Shown here: piece after piece, positions 27,515-37,358 of the stretch
Layout of the letters: each line of letters opens with the position of its first letter
How positions within the stretch are numbered: position 1 is the first letter of the stretch
Assembly (NCBI GenBank): GCA_002402375.1
Contig: DHFT01000039.1
Span: forward strand, 12,809-76,808
Source: Elusimicrobia bacterium UBA4817
Lineage (GTDB): Bacteria > Elusimicrobiota > UBA8919
Direction: 5' to 3'
Length of the DNA stretch: 64,000 bases
Notes under the pieces: generated by a model
Seen by the model: the letters and a program-made list of their open reading frames with translations, nothing else
Databases searched by the model: none
What the model was told of the DNA's origin: nothing
Made by a program: the position numbers and the translations under genes

Positions 27515-30500
27515 TTATTGTCGTAATCTTTCTTCCGGTACTTTTTCTCCTTCAAGATGCACGGAGATAATTTTTGAAATGCCTAATTCTTCCATAGTGA
27601 CGCCATAGAGAACATTTGCCGCCTCCATTGTGCGTTTGTTGTGGGTGATGACGAAAAACTGGGAGATTTTGGCGAATTCTTTAAGCATCCGCGTAAACCT
27701 TAATACATTTGCTTCGTCAAGTTGACCGTCAATTTCGTCAAGTATGCAAAACGGTGCGGGTTTTACCAGATATATCGCAAAAAGAATTGCTATCGCGGTA
27801 AGTGTTCTCTCTCCGCCGGAAAGAAGTGAAATGTGTTGAAGTTTTTTTCCCGGAGGCTGCGCTATGATGTCAATACCTGTTTCAAGAAGATTTCCTTCGT
27901 CGGTTAAGAGCAGATCCGCCTCGCCTCCTTCAAATAACTGGTTGAATATATTCCTGAAATTTTCACGGACTACGGTAAATGTTTTCTGAAAGTTCTGGCG
28001 GGTGGTGATGTTGATTTTGTTTATCGCGTTGTGCAAATCCTCTCTCGCTTTTTCCAAATCCTCTTTCTGTTTGGTTAAGAAATTATACCGCTGTTCAAGT
28101 TGCTCGTATTCTTCCGGCGCCGCAAGGTTGACCGCCCCGAGGGTTTCTATTTTCTTTTTTAGTTTTTCAACCTCATCCTGCTCCATTGCCACGACCTTAT
28201 AATTATTTACGGCATCTTCAATAGAAATTCCCTTTTCCTCTTTTATACGGTTTTCAATCTGCCTGATTTCCGACGCTGTGCTTGAAACGGCTCTTTCAAG
28301 CGTTCTGGTTTCTTCCTGAATGGTATTTTGATGCGTCCTGTGAGTTCTTAAATTATTTTCAAGTTCAATAATTGAGTTTTTTATTTCATCCCGTTCTTTT
28401 TCAATATTTCTAAGGACATCATCGACAGTGTCTTTTGAAACGACGATTTTATTTATTTCAGCGGTTGAGTCGGATATTATTTTTTCCATCGCAGCGATTT
28501 TGTCTGCGGAGTCATTAAAGTATTTTTTTGATTTTTCAATTTTTGCCGATGTAAGTTGCAGGGTTGTATCAGCCGATTTAATTTTTTCCCTGATATTTTC
28601 CATCTGGGAACTTTTTACCGAAAAATCTATTTGTACATTTGTAAAGTCACCTTCCAACTTTTCAAGTTCCGCTTGAAGTTTTTTCATCTGAATATCTGCA
28701 TCCGTGAAACCGGTTTTTGCCGAATTTTCCTGTGTGGAACATTTAGAAATCTTATCGGTAATTGCTATGATTTCCGATTCTTTTTCGATTTTTTGGTTAT
28801 TAAGATTTTCATATTCAGCGGATAAAATTGTAAGATAATTAACGGAGGTTTTTAATGATTCTTCCGCCGATGTAAGTTCTGCCATAATTTGCATCAATTC
28901 ATTTTTTTCTGTCTCTACTGAAACGGTAGTATCATTTAATTCCGTACCGGTTGAAGCAATTTCTCCCTGCTCATTTTTTATTAACTCGGTTAATTCTCCG
29001 ATTTCACCGTTGATTATTGCGGTTTCGTTTTTAAGGCGGTTTATTTCAGCGGATGTCTCCAAGGAACCTCTTAACCGGTTTGTAGAATGAACAGTTCCGC
29101 CGCAAATTATACCCCGGCTATAAATATTTTCATTTTTTAGCGTCGCATCGTCTAACAGAAAATCCATAATTTTTCTGAATTGTGAGTCGCAGTTTGCAAG
29201 GTCAGATATTTTTTTGCCGGAAAATACTTGCGATTGCGGAATTTGCATTCTTTCAATTTCCGACATTATCAAAAAGTTCGCCCAGCCATAGTTTCCGTTT
29301 TTCAGCCAGTTAATTATTTCAATTGCAGTATTTTCGGTATCTACAACAATGTAGTCGCTTTTTTCGCCGAGTGCCGACTGAACAACGGAAAGATTTTCGT
29401 CGCTGACAGTTATTATATCGCCTACCGTTCTGTGAACCCGTCCTTTGAAAGTTTCTTTTATTCTGGAATTTAATTCGTAATTTGAGTTGCGGCTCATCGC
29501 TTCCATCCGTGCAGTAAATTGTGCCCCTAATTCTTTTTTTGATAAAAGTTCATTCTGGTTTTTTTCTATATCCGAGCGGAGTTGATTTATTTTAGCCGAA
29601 AGGTTTTCCGCTTTTTTCTTTTTTTCCTCCAAAGTTAAGTTTATAACGGTGATTTTTTCTTTAATCGCGCCCGCAATTTTTTCCTGCTCGGATTTTTTGG
29701 TTAATGTTTCTTGTTCCTGTGTTTTTTGCTTTTCAATGCGGTTATTTATTTCTTTTAAGAATAAATCAATAGAAGTTTTTTTGTTGTGAAGTTCCGACAG
29801 TTCAGTCGCACACTTAAAAATTACAGATCTCAAATTTTCAATATCTGAATTTGTTTTTGTAATTTCCGAGTTCAGTTTATTTTTCTGTTCAGTTTTTTTG
29901 GCAAGTATTTCCGATGCTGTTGAAACGACAATCTCCGCTTCCTCAAGTTCTTTTTTGGCGCCGGCTAATTCCGCGGCATAATCGTTCAGGTCTGTTTGTC
30001 CCTGCTCTATTTCCTGCTTTGCCTCATCCTTTCTTATAATACTTTCCTTTTTAGCCGTTTCCGCAGAAAGTATCCGTTCATTTAATATCGCTATAGATGA
30101 GTCAATTTTGTTTGCCTCGGTTCGTTTTGATATAAGTTCGTCTTCTTTTGATGCGAGCGTGATTTTTAATTCCGAGTATTTGGCATCCAGTTTATCTATC
30201 TCAACCGAGACATTTGAAAGTTTTTCGTTCATCTCGGTAAGTTCTTTTAATTTTACCGAATTGGTTTCTTTAACCTGTTGATATTTTTGGACAAGTGAGT
30301 TGACTTCGTAATTTTTCAGTTCGTCAAGATATTTCTGGTATTGTCTTGCTTTTCTTGCCTGTGTGTCAAGTTTGCTTTTTTGGCTTTCAAGTTCCGACAG
30401 AATATCGTTCAGACGCAGCATATCCTGTCCGACTTTTTCAAGTTTTCTCAGTGCCTCTTCCCGTTTTGATTTATATTTTGATACACCGGCAACTTCTTCA

Positions 30501-30982
30501 AAAATATATCTTCTTTCCGCGGGTTTAGATTGCAGAATAAAGTCAATTTTTCCCTGCTCCATTATTGAATACGATTCCGTTCCGATTCCCGTATCCAAAA
30601 ATAAATCTTTTATATCTCTCAGCCGAACAGGTGTTTTATTTAACTGATATTCAGATTCACCAGTTCTGAAAAGTCGTCTGGTAACGGATACTTCCGAGTA
30701 ATCAATAGGAAGCACATTTTTTGAATTGTCAAAAGTTAAAGTTATTTCTGAAACGGAAGTTTGTTTTCTTGAAGCAGTTCCGCTGAAAATAACATCCTCC
30801 ATTTTTGTTCCGCGCAGTGATTTCGCCGACTGTTCGCCGAGGACCCATTTGATGGCATCGGTGATGTTTGTTTTTCCGCATCCGTTGGGGCCTACGATTG
30901 CCGTAATGCCTTCGCCGAAATTGAGAACTGTCCTGTCCGCAAATGATTTAAATCCGTTGATTTCAATCGTTTTTAAGTGCAT
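27515..30982 (-). CDS. smc: chromosome segregation protein SMC
   Basis: 1155 aa; N-terminal Walker A 'GPNGCGKTN', long coiled coils, hinge, C-terminal 'LSGGERTLTAIAILFAIY…ILDEIDGQLD' signature. Confidence 0.95.
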   Translation of the reverse strand: MHLKTIEINGFKSFADRTVLNFGEGITAIVGPNGCGKTNITDAIKWVLGEQSAKSLRGTKMEDVIFSGTASRKQTSVSEITLTFDNSKNVLPIDYSEVSVTRRLFRTGESEYQLNKTPVRLRDIKDLFLDTGIGTESYSIMEQGKIDFILQSKPAERRYIFEEVAGVSKYKSKREEALRKLEKVGQDMLRLNDILSELESQKSKLDTQARKARQYQKYLDELKNYEVNSLVQKYQQVKETNSVKLKELTEMNEKLSNVSVEIDKLDAKYSELKITLASKEDELISKRTEANKIDSSIAILNERILSAETAKKESIIRKDEAKQEIEQGQTDLNDYAAELAGAKKELEEAEIVVSTASEILAKKTEQKNKLNSEITKTNSDIENLRSVIFKCATELSELHNKKTSIDLFLKEINNRIEKQKTQEQETLTKKSEQEKIAGAIKEKITVINLTLEEKKKKAENLSAKINQLRSDIEKNQNELLSKKELGAQFTARMEAMSRNSNYELNSRIKETFKGRVHRTVGDIITVSDENLSVVQSALGEKSDYIVVDTENTAIEIINWLKNGNYGWANFLIMSEIERMQIPQSQVFSGKKISDLANCDSQFRKIMDFLLDDATLKNENIYSRGIICGGTVHSTNRLRGSLETSAEINRLKNETAIINGEIGELTELIKNEQGEIASTGTELNDTTVSVETEKNELMQIMAELTSAEESLKTSVNYLTILSAEYENLNNQKIEKESEIIAITDKISKCSTQENSAKTGFTDADIQMKKLQAELEKLEGDFTNVQIDFSVKSSQMENIREKIKSADTTLQLTSAKIEKSKKYFNDSADKIAAMEKIISDSTAEINKIVVSKDTVDDVLRNIEKERDEIKNSIIELENNLRTHRTHQNTIQEETRTLERAVSSTASEIRQIENRIKEEKGISIEDAVNNYKVVAMEQDEVEKLKKKIETLGAVNLAAPEEYEQLEQRYNFLTKQKEDLEKAREDLHNAINKINITTRQNFQKTFTVVRENFRNIFNQLFEGGEADLLLTDEGNLLETGIDIIAQPPGKKLQHISLLSGGERTLTAIAILFAIYLVKPAPFCILDEIDGQLDEANVLRFTRMLKEFAKISQFFVITHNKRTMEAANVLYGVTMEELGISKIISVHLEGEKVPEERLRQ

Positions 30983-31045
30983 TTTGTACCTTCCTTGTTT
31001 TATTTTCTTTTACCGAATTGACATCTTCTTTTACCATCTTTTAGT

Positions 31046-31074
31046 AAGTATACAAAAAAAAAAATTATTGTCAA
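31046..31074 (-). promoter_or_regulatory. consensus sigma70 promoter (TTGACA-N17-TATACT) upstream of smc
   Basis: The minus strand reads CTTGACAATAATTTTTTTTTTTGTATACT, about 60 nt upstream of the smc ATG. Confidence 0.55.
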
Positions 31075-31118
31075 GTGAAAAATTGATTATTAAAACTTTT
31101 TCTTTTTGGGATTAAGGG

Positions 31119-32579
31119 TCAAGGTTTTGCAGGCGGGTATTTTTCCAGCAGAGTAATAATTTCTTTATTTTTATATGCCTTTGCCTTATCCAGAGCAGTT
31201 TGTCCGTCGCTGTCTTTAGCGGTGGTATCTGCTCCGTTTTCAATCAATAATTTTGCACCCGCCGAGAAATCCTTTTTCGCGGCATACATAAGTGCGGTTG
31301 AACCGGTTATATCTTTTGAGTTAACATTCGCGCCTTTTTCAAGAAGTAATTTCACCGTTTCGGTTGAGTTTTTCTCCGCCGCCAGCATTAACGCGGATTT
31401 TTTGGAAATATATTTTAAGTTGACGTCTGCTCCCGCGTTTATAATGAGTGAGGATATATTTGAAAAATCATTATTTATGGCAACCGATAATGCCGTTTCA
31501 CCGGATTTGTTTTTTATATCAAGTTTCGCATTTTTGTCTATCAGTAATTTTGCCACATCAAAAGAATTGTTTTTTAAGGCAATAAGAAGCGGGGTATCGC
31601 CGTCTTTGTTTTTTTTGTTGAGATTTGCTTTTTTGTCAATCAGTGATTTCGCCGTTTCGTAATAATTTTTCTTTGCTGCGAGCATAAGAGCAGTTTGGCT
31701 TTCATTATTTGTAATGTTTATTTCCGCCCCGTTTACTATAAGCATGCCTGCAATTTCCGGAGAATCATTTTTTAACGCAATCAAAAGTGCCGTATCGCCG
31801 TTTTTGTTTTTTTGATTCAGGTTTGCCCCGTTTTCCAAAAGAAATTTTATCGCATCAGAAGAGTTTTTCCCGGCCGCCCACATCAGCGGCGTTAATCCGT
31901 AATTATCTTTTGCATTTATTTCCGCATTTTTTTTGAGCAGCAGTTTTACCGTATCCGTTGCATTTTTTGCCGCCGCCATCATTAAAGGTGTTTCGCCGAA
32001 TGAGTTTCTGCCATTAACATCGGCTCCCTTTTCAATAAGCAATTGGGCAAAACCGGAGTAATTTTGTCCGGCGACCGTCGTTAAAAGCGTATTGCCGTAA
32101 CCATCTTTTACGGTTATATCTGCACCCTGTTTAATCAGTAATTCGGCGGCATCCATAGAATTGTTGTTTGCCGCTATCGTCAAAGGTGTCTTGTCAAACA
32201 GATCTTTTGCGTTGACGTTTACGCCTTTTTCAATCAGCAGTTCGGCGACATCTTTTGAATTGTGAAGTGCGGCAATTCCCAGAGTTGTCATACCCAAAGA
32301 GTTCACGGCGTTGACATCCGCGCCTTTTTCTATGAGCAATCTCGCTATATCAATAGCATTTGTCGTCGCTGCGAGCATAAGCGGCGTTTCGCCGAATGAA
32401 TTTTTTGCATTTACATCAGCGCCTTTTTCTATCGCTTTTTTTATTTTTACCGTGTTTCCGCCGGTAATATCTTCCTTTGAAATTACAGGTACTGCGGCGG
32501 TAAGATAGCCGGTTGAAAATAAAAAAATAATTATAAACGATAATATTTTTCTGTTTATTTGGAGTATAATTTTAACCAT
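31119..32579 (-). CDS. secreted ankyrin-repeat protein (about 13 ANK repeats)
   Basis: 486 aa; N-terminal signal/TM segment followed by tandem 33-aa repeats 'G.TPLM.AA..N….KLLI.KGADVNAK'. Confidence 0.85.
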   Translation of the reverse strand: MVKIILQINRKILSFIIIFLFSTGYLTAAVPVISKEDITGGNTVKIKKAIEKGADVNAKNSFGETPLMLAATTNAIDIARLLIEKGADVNAVNSLGMTTLGIAALHNSKDVAELLIEKGVNVNAKDLFDKTPLTIAANNNSMDAAELLIKQGADITVKDGYGNTLLTTVAGQNYSGFAQLLIEKGADVNGRNSFGETPLMMAAAKNATDTVKLLLKKNAEINAKDNYGLTPLMWAAGKNSSDAIKFLLENGANLNQKNKNGDTALLIALKNDSPEIAGMLIVNGAEINITNNESQTALMLAAKKNYYETAKSLIDKKANLNKKNKDGDTPLLIALKNNSFDVAKLLIDKNAKLDIKNKSGETALSVAINNDFSNISSLIINAGADVNLKYISKKSALMLAAEKNSTETVKLLLEKGANVNSKDITGSTALMYAAKKDFSAGAKLLIENGADTTAKDSDGQTALDKAKAYKNKEIITLLEKYPPAKP

Positions 32580-32625
32580 TGTTTAACTATAAATCAAAGA
32601 TTCTTATCTTTTATCAGACACTTTT

Positions 32626-34296
32626 TTACTTTCTTAAAAATTTTCTGTCAAGTTCGTCTTTTGTGATTTTGATGACCGTTGGTCTTCCGTGAGGGCAGGT
32701 ATACGGATTTTCACATTCAAACAATTCTTCCAAAAGTTTTATTGATTCCGCATCCGTTAGTTTATCGCCTGATTTTATGGCGGTTTTGCAGGCGGTTTTT
32801 ATTATATCGTCAAGCAGTGTTGCGGACGACTCGCTTATTTCACCGACTTTTTTCTTTCTTATTATTTCGTTGATTATATTAACCGCGGAGATGTCGCCGA
32901 GGACAGCCGGTACGGACTTTAATGCGAAAGAGTTCTTACCGAATTCCTCCAGTTCAAAACCGATTTGCGTCAAATACTCTTTTAATCCGAAAAGTATATT
33001 AAATTCCTTCGGAGAGAGTTCAATGTTAACAGGCAGCAAAAGATTTTGAATTTCCTGTTTTCGGGCATTGACATTTTTTCTGAATTTCTCGTAAAGAATT
33101 TTTTCCTGCGCGGCGTGCTGGTCAACAATAAAAAGATTTTCGTTCTCCTGTGCCAGTATGTACAATTCAAAAATTCTTCCGATGTGCCGCAATGCCGGTT
33201 TTTTTTCTGTAAATTGTGATTGTATTTCTTTTGTGATATATTCAGTCGGTTGCGTTGAAATGCGTTCATCGGATTTTTGATATGCCGTATAGGAAATTTC
33301 AGGTATCGTTTCTTTTGTAACAATGTGATTCCGTATCGTCTGGTAAATCACCGAATAAATTGCTCCCTCGTCATTAAATTTAATTTCCCTTTTTGTCGGA
33401 TGGACGTTCACATCAATTATATCCGGTTTGATTTCAAACGCTAAAAAAACCGCAGGATTTTCATTGCCATTCAAAAACTCGCGATAACCGTTTTTAACGG
33501 CACTTAAAATCATTCTGGAGTTTATAGGTCTTTTATTAACCGATATAAAAATTCTGTTTCTGCTCAAAAATTTTAATTCGGGTTTGCTTATAAAACCGTA
33601 AATTGAAATTTTTTCGTGTTGCAGGTGTAGTTCAACAAGTTCATTAAGAAATTCATTCCCGAAAATCTGCGCTATGCGAATTTTTAAGTTGGTTGCCTGC
33701 GAATAAGAAAAAAGTTCTTTACCGTCGGATGTTAAAGAAAATGCGACATTAAAATTAACTACAGCATAATCCGTTAAAATAGAAATTATTTTGTTTTTTT
33801 CAGTGTTGTCCGATTTAAGAAATTTCAGCCGAGCGGGAATATTCCGGAAAAGATTTTTTACCTCAACAGTTGTGCCGTCGGGACAACCCTTGTCCTGCAA
33901 ATTTAATAGTTTGCCGTCCTCAATTTCCAATGAAAAGCCTGTTTTTGTATTCGGTGGCTTTGTGGTGATTAACATTTGCGAAACGGATGCTATTGAAGGC
34001 AATGCTTCACCTCTGAAACCCAGAGTATGGATTTTGCTCAAATCCGTTATGTCGGAAATTTTGCTTGTTGAGTGCCTTTCAATAGACAACACTGCATCTT
34101 CTTTTGACATTCCGCATCCGTCATCTGAAACGGCTATGAGTTCTCTGCCGCTGTTCTTTATTTTAACCGTTATATTTTTTGCGCCGGCATCCAGAGAGTT
34201 CTCAACAAGTTCTTTTATGACGGACGCGGGTCTTTCAATTACTTCGCCCGCCGCAATTTTGTTTATCAAATCTAACGAGAGAACTTTTATTTTCAT
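32626..34296 (-). CDS. mutL: DNA mismatch repair protein MutL
   Basis: 556 aa; GHKL ATPase motifs 'ELVENSLDAGA', 'DDGCGM', 'LGFRGEAL'; C-terminal dimerisation domain. Confidence 0.9.
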   Translation of the reverse strand: MKIKVLSLDLINKIAAGEVIERPASVIKELVENSLDAGAKNITVKIKNSGRELIAVSDDGCGMSKEDAVLSIERHSTSKISDITDLSKIHTLGFRGEALPSIASVSQMLITTKPPNTKTGFSLEIEDGKLLNLQDKGCPDGTTVEVKNLFRNIPARLKFLKSDNTEKNKIISILTDYAVVNFNVAFSLTSDGKELFSYSQATNLKIRIAQIFGNEFLNELVELHLQHEKISIYGFISKPELKFLSRNRIFISVNKRPINSRMILSAVKNGYREFLNGNENPAVFLAFEIKPDIIDVNVHPTKREIKFNDEGAIYSVIYQTIRNHIVTKETIPEISYTAYQKSDERISTQPTEYITKEIQSQFTEKKPALRHIGRIFELYILAQENENLFIVDQHAAQEKILYEKFRKNVNARKQEIQNLLLPVNIELSPKEFNILFGLKEYLTQIGFELEEFGKNSFALKSVPAVLGDISAVNIINEIIRKKKVGEISESSATLLDDIIKTACKTAIKSGDKLTDAESIKLLEELFECENPYTCPHGRPTVIKITKDELDRKFLRK

Positions 34297-34736
34297 GAGT
34301 AATGTCCTTTTGCAATTCTCTGGCAGTGCTCAAAATAACTGCATCCTTTTTTGCAAACAGGTTTTTCGCCGAGAAGAATTCTTGTTTCGCAGGAGTCAAA
34401 ATCATCAGCCATCCTGTTAATTTTTTTCACAATATCGTCAGGCATGTTTATAAATTGAATTCCTATTACATATGAACCCTCTTTGTTTTCGCATCTTACG
34501 ACCCTGCTCTTAACATTGTCAATTTTTAGGTCTTTTAAGTCAAAAGAAATTAAAACATTTGAACCTTCGGCAAGTGCTGAAAAAGTCAGCAATGCCATTC
34601 CGCCCGCCGAAAGATTTGCCATAATCGCGGGACTTGCTCTTCCGGCTTTTGAACCCCTCGTGCGGATTAAAACCGGTTTTATCAGATGATACAGAACCGG
34701 AAATCTTTTGGATTTTCTTTTTTCAATGTTGTTCAC
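34293..34736 (-). CDS. PilZ-domain protein with a C-terminal Cys cluster
   Basis: 147 aa; 'RKSKRFPV' RxxxR-type c-di-GMP switch, 'DLSAGGMAL' (D/N)xSxxG motif; C-terminal CxxxC…C…C. Confidence 0.6.
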   Translation of the reverse strand: MNNIEKRKSKRFPVLYHLIKPVLIRTRGSKAGRASPAIMANLSAGGMALLTFSALAEGSNVLISFDLKDLKIDNVKSRVVRCENKEGSYVIGIQFINMPDDIVKKINRMADDFDSCETRILLGEKPVCKKGCSYFEHCQRIAKGHYS

Positions 34737-37323
34737 TTATTCTCCTTTTCCATTCGTAAATTTTTTGCAGTGCATCTAACGGTTTCATTTCGTCGGGTTC
34801 AGTTTTTTCAATTTCATCAAGTACAGGTGATTTTGTAAGAATTTTTTCATCCGGCGGAATAAAAAGTTCCGGCTGTCGGGGATTTTTTTTGTTGTAATTT
34901 TTTTCAAAAAAGGCAAGAAGTTCTTCCGACCTGTCAATCACTTTTTTCGGAAGTCCGGCGATTTTTGCAACATGTATTCCGTAGGACTTATCTGCGCAGC
35001 CCTCAACAATTTTGTGAAGAAAAAGAACATCATTTTTCCATTCTTTAACTGCCACGCTTAAATTAATTATTTCACCGTCGTAAATATCGGCAAGTTCCGT
35101 CAGTTCAAAATAATGCGTCGCAAAAAGTACTTTGGCGCCGAGAGGTCTTAAATATTCAATCGTCGCCCATGCGATGGAAAGTCCGTCAAAAGTAGAAGTT
35201 CCCCTACCGACCTCGTCAAGCAGAATAAAACTTTTTTTTGTCGCATTGCCTAAAATGTTTGAGACCTCTTTCATCTCAACCATAAATGTTGATTCGCCGG
35301 CCGTTAAACGGTCGGAAGCCCCTATTCTGGTAAATATGGAATCAACAATTCCTATTTCCGCTTCTTTTGCCGGGACAAAACTTCCCATTTGCGACATAAT
35401 AATAATAAGTGCCGCCTGTCTTAAATAAGTTGATTTGCCGGACATATTCGGACCCGTTATTATGGCTATTCTTTTTTCGTTATCAAGTAAAATATCATTA
35501 GGTACGAATTGTTCGCCTAAAATTTTTTCTATAACAGGATGCCGCCCGTCAGTAATTTTTATAGTTGATGTGGAATTTACGCTCGGTCTTATGTATCTGT
35601 TTTCGGATGCAAGTTCCGCCAATGACGAAAACATATCTATTCCTGCGATTGCTTTTGCATTGGTCTGTATTACCTCAATATCCTGCATAATTTCCTGACG
35701 GATTTTCAGGAATATCTCATATTCAAGTGCGGCTCTTTTTTCCTCCGCCCCGAAAATCATTGCCTCTTTTTGTTTAAGGGCTTCAGTAATAAATCTTTCC
35801 CCGTTTGCGATAGTTTGTTTTCTGATATAGTCCGGCGGCACCTTGTCAAGGTTGGCTTTCGTAATTTCAATAAAATATCCGAAGACAGAATTGTATCGTA
35901 CCTTCAAGGATTGTATCTGCGTTCTTTGTTTTTCGTCCGTCTCAAATTTAGCAATCCAGTCCTTCGCATTTTTAGAGATAAATTTTAACTCATCAAGGTC
36001 GCTGTTGTATCCGGTTTTTATAAGTCCGCCTTCTTTAATGGTTGCCGGCGGCTCATTCACTATTGATTTTTCAATAAGATTTACAACTTCATCAACTGTT
36101 TTTAAGTCGGAAAAATAATTTTTTATAATTTCCGAACTGCCTAAAAAATCGGAGGATTTAATCGTTTCCGAGATTTTGCTTTTTATTTGAGGTATCACCA
36201 TCAGACTTTTTTTAAGAGCAACCAAATCCCTGCCGTTTGCCGTCTGTGCGGAAATTCTTGAAAGCAACCTTTCTATATCCTGGCAGTTTTGTAATATCTC
36301 CCGAATTTCCATCCGCAAAAGCCCGTTTATGATAAAAAACTCAATCGCATCCTGTCTTTCGGAAATATTTTTTATATCCAAAAGCGGCTCCAAAATTGAT
36401 TTTCTTAAAAGCCGTGCACCCATTGATGTAACCGTTTTATCCATTATTTCAAAAAGCGAACCGGTTCTGCTGCCGGATGAAATACCCTCTACAAGTTCAA
36501 GATTTTTTATTGCCAATTCATCCAGAGTCATAAAATCATTGCCGGTAATTTTCCTGATTTTTTGCACATTAGCCAACACATCCTGCTGCGTTTTTTTCAG
36601 ATAAGAAATAATCGCAGAACATACAATTCTGGTATTTTCATCCAACAGGGATTCCCTTCGGTCATTTTCCATATCTGAGAATTGAAATTTCAACGAAGTA
36701 TCTTCGGCGATTTCCGGCGAAAAGTTTATATTGTCTATGAAAGTTAGCGTTGTTTTTTCTTTTTTTATTGTTTTTATAAGATTTGTATTTTCCTGCTCGG
36801 ATTTAGGAAGAATTATTTCCGATGGAGTGTATTTTGATAGTTGCATATTTAATTTTCTTAAGTTGCGGTCGTCGGAAATTGACAGGTTGTAAAAATCTCC
36901 GGTTGAAACATCAATAAAAGCAACTGCAAAACCTGAATTGTAAGGATAGATTGCGCATAGAAAATTATTTATTTTCGCTTCAAGCAGATTTTCTTCCAAA
37001 ACGGTGCCGGATGTGATAACCCTGACGACCTCTCTTTTTACAAGCCCTTTTGACTTTGACGGGTCTTCCATCTGTTCGCAGATTGCGACGCTAAAACCTT
37101 CCCTTATAAGGCGGGCAACGTAGTATTTATAAGAGTGATAGGGAATTCCGCACATCGGCACATTCTGACGGGATGTAAGCGTTAGCCGTAAAACTTTTGA
37201 TGCTGTTTTTGCATCGTCGTCAAACATTTCATAAAAATCGCCGAGCCGGAAAAATAAAATTGAGTTTTTATGTTTGTCTTTTATCAGATGGTACTGGTTC
37301 ATTAAAGGTGTGAGTTTTGACAT
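34723..37323 (-). CDS. mutS: DNA mismatch repair protein MutS
   Basis: Mismatch-binding domain 'GDFYE(M)F', Walker A 'GPNMSGKST', 'DEVGRGTS' motif. Start moved to internal ATG 'MSKLTPLMNQY'. Confidence 0.95.
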   Translation of the reverse strand: MSKLTPLMNQYHLIKDKHKNSILFFRLGDFYEMFDDDAKTASKVLRLTLTSRQNVPMCGIPYHSYKYYVARLIREGFSVAICEQMEDPSKSKGLVKREVVRVITSGTVLEENLLEAKINNFLCAIYPYNSGFAVAFIDVSTGDFYNLSISDDRNLRKLNMQLSKYTPSEIILPKSEQENTNLIKTIKKEKTTLTFIDNINFSPEIAEDTSLKFQFSDMENDRRESLLDENTRIVCSAIISYLKKTQQDVLANVQKIRKITGNDFMTLDELAIKNLELVEGISSGSRTGSLFEIMDKTVTSMGARLLRKSILEPLLDIKNISERQDAIEFFIINGLLRMEIREILQNCQDIERLLSRISAQTANGRDLVALKKSLMVIPQIKSKISETIKSSDFLGSSEIIKNYFSDLKTVDEVVNLIEKSIVNEPPATIKEGGLIKTGYNSDLDELKFISKNAKDWIAKFETDEKQRTQIQSLKVRYNSVFGYFIEITKANLDKVPPDYIRKQTIANGERFITEALKQKEAMIFGAEEKRAALEYEIFLKIRQEIMQDIEVIQTNAKAIAGIDMFSSLAELASENRYIRPSVNSTSTIKITDGRHPVIEKILGEQFVPNDILLDNEKRIAIITGPNMSGKSTYLRQAALIIIMSQMGSFVPAKEAEIGIVDSIFTRIGASDRLTAGESTFMVEMKEVSNILGNATKKSFILLDEVGRGTSTFDGLSIAWATIEYLRPLGAKVLFATHYFELTELADIYDGEIINLSVAVKEWKNDVLFLHKIVEGCADKSYGIHVAKIAGLPKKVIDRSEELLAFFEKNYNKKNPRQPELFIPPDEKILTKSPVLDEIEKTEPDEMKPLDALQKIYEWKRRISEQH

Positions 37324-37358
37324 AAAAAAAGGTTTTTCAAATTTTAACAGGAAATCCA

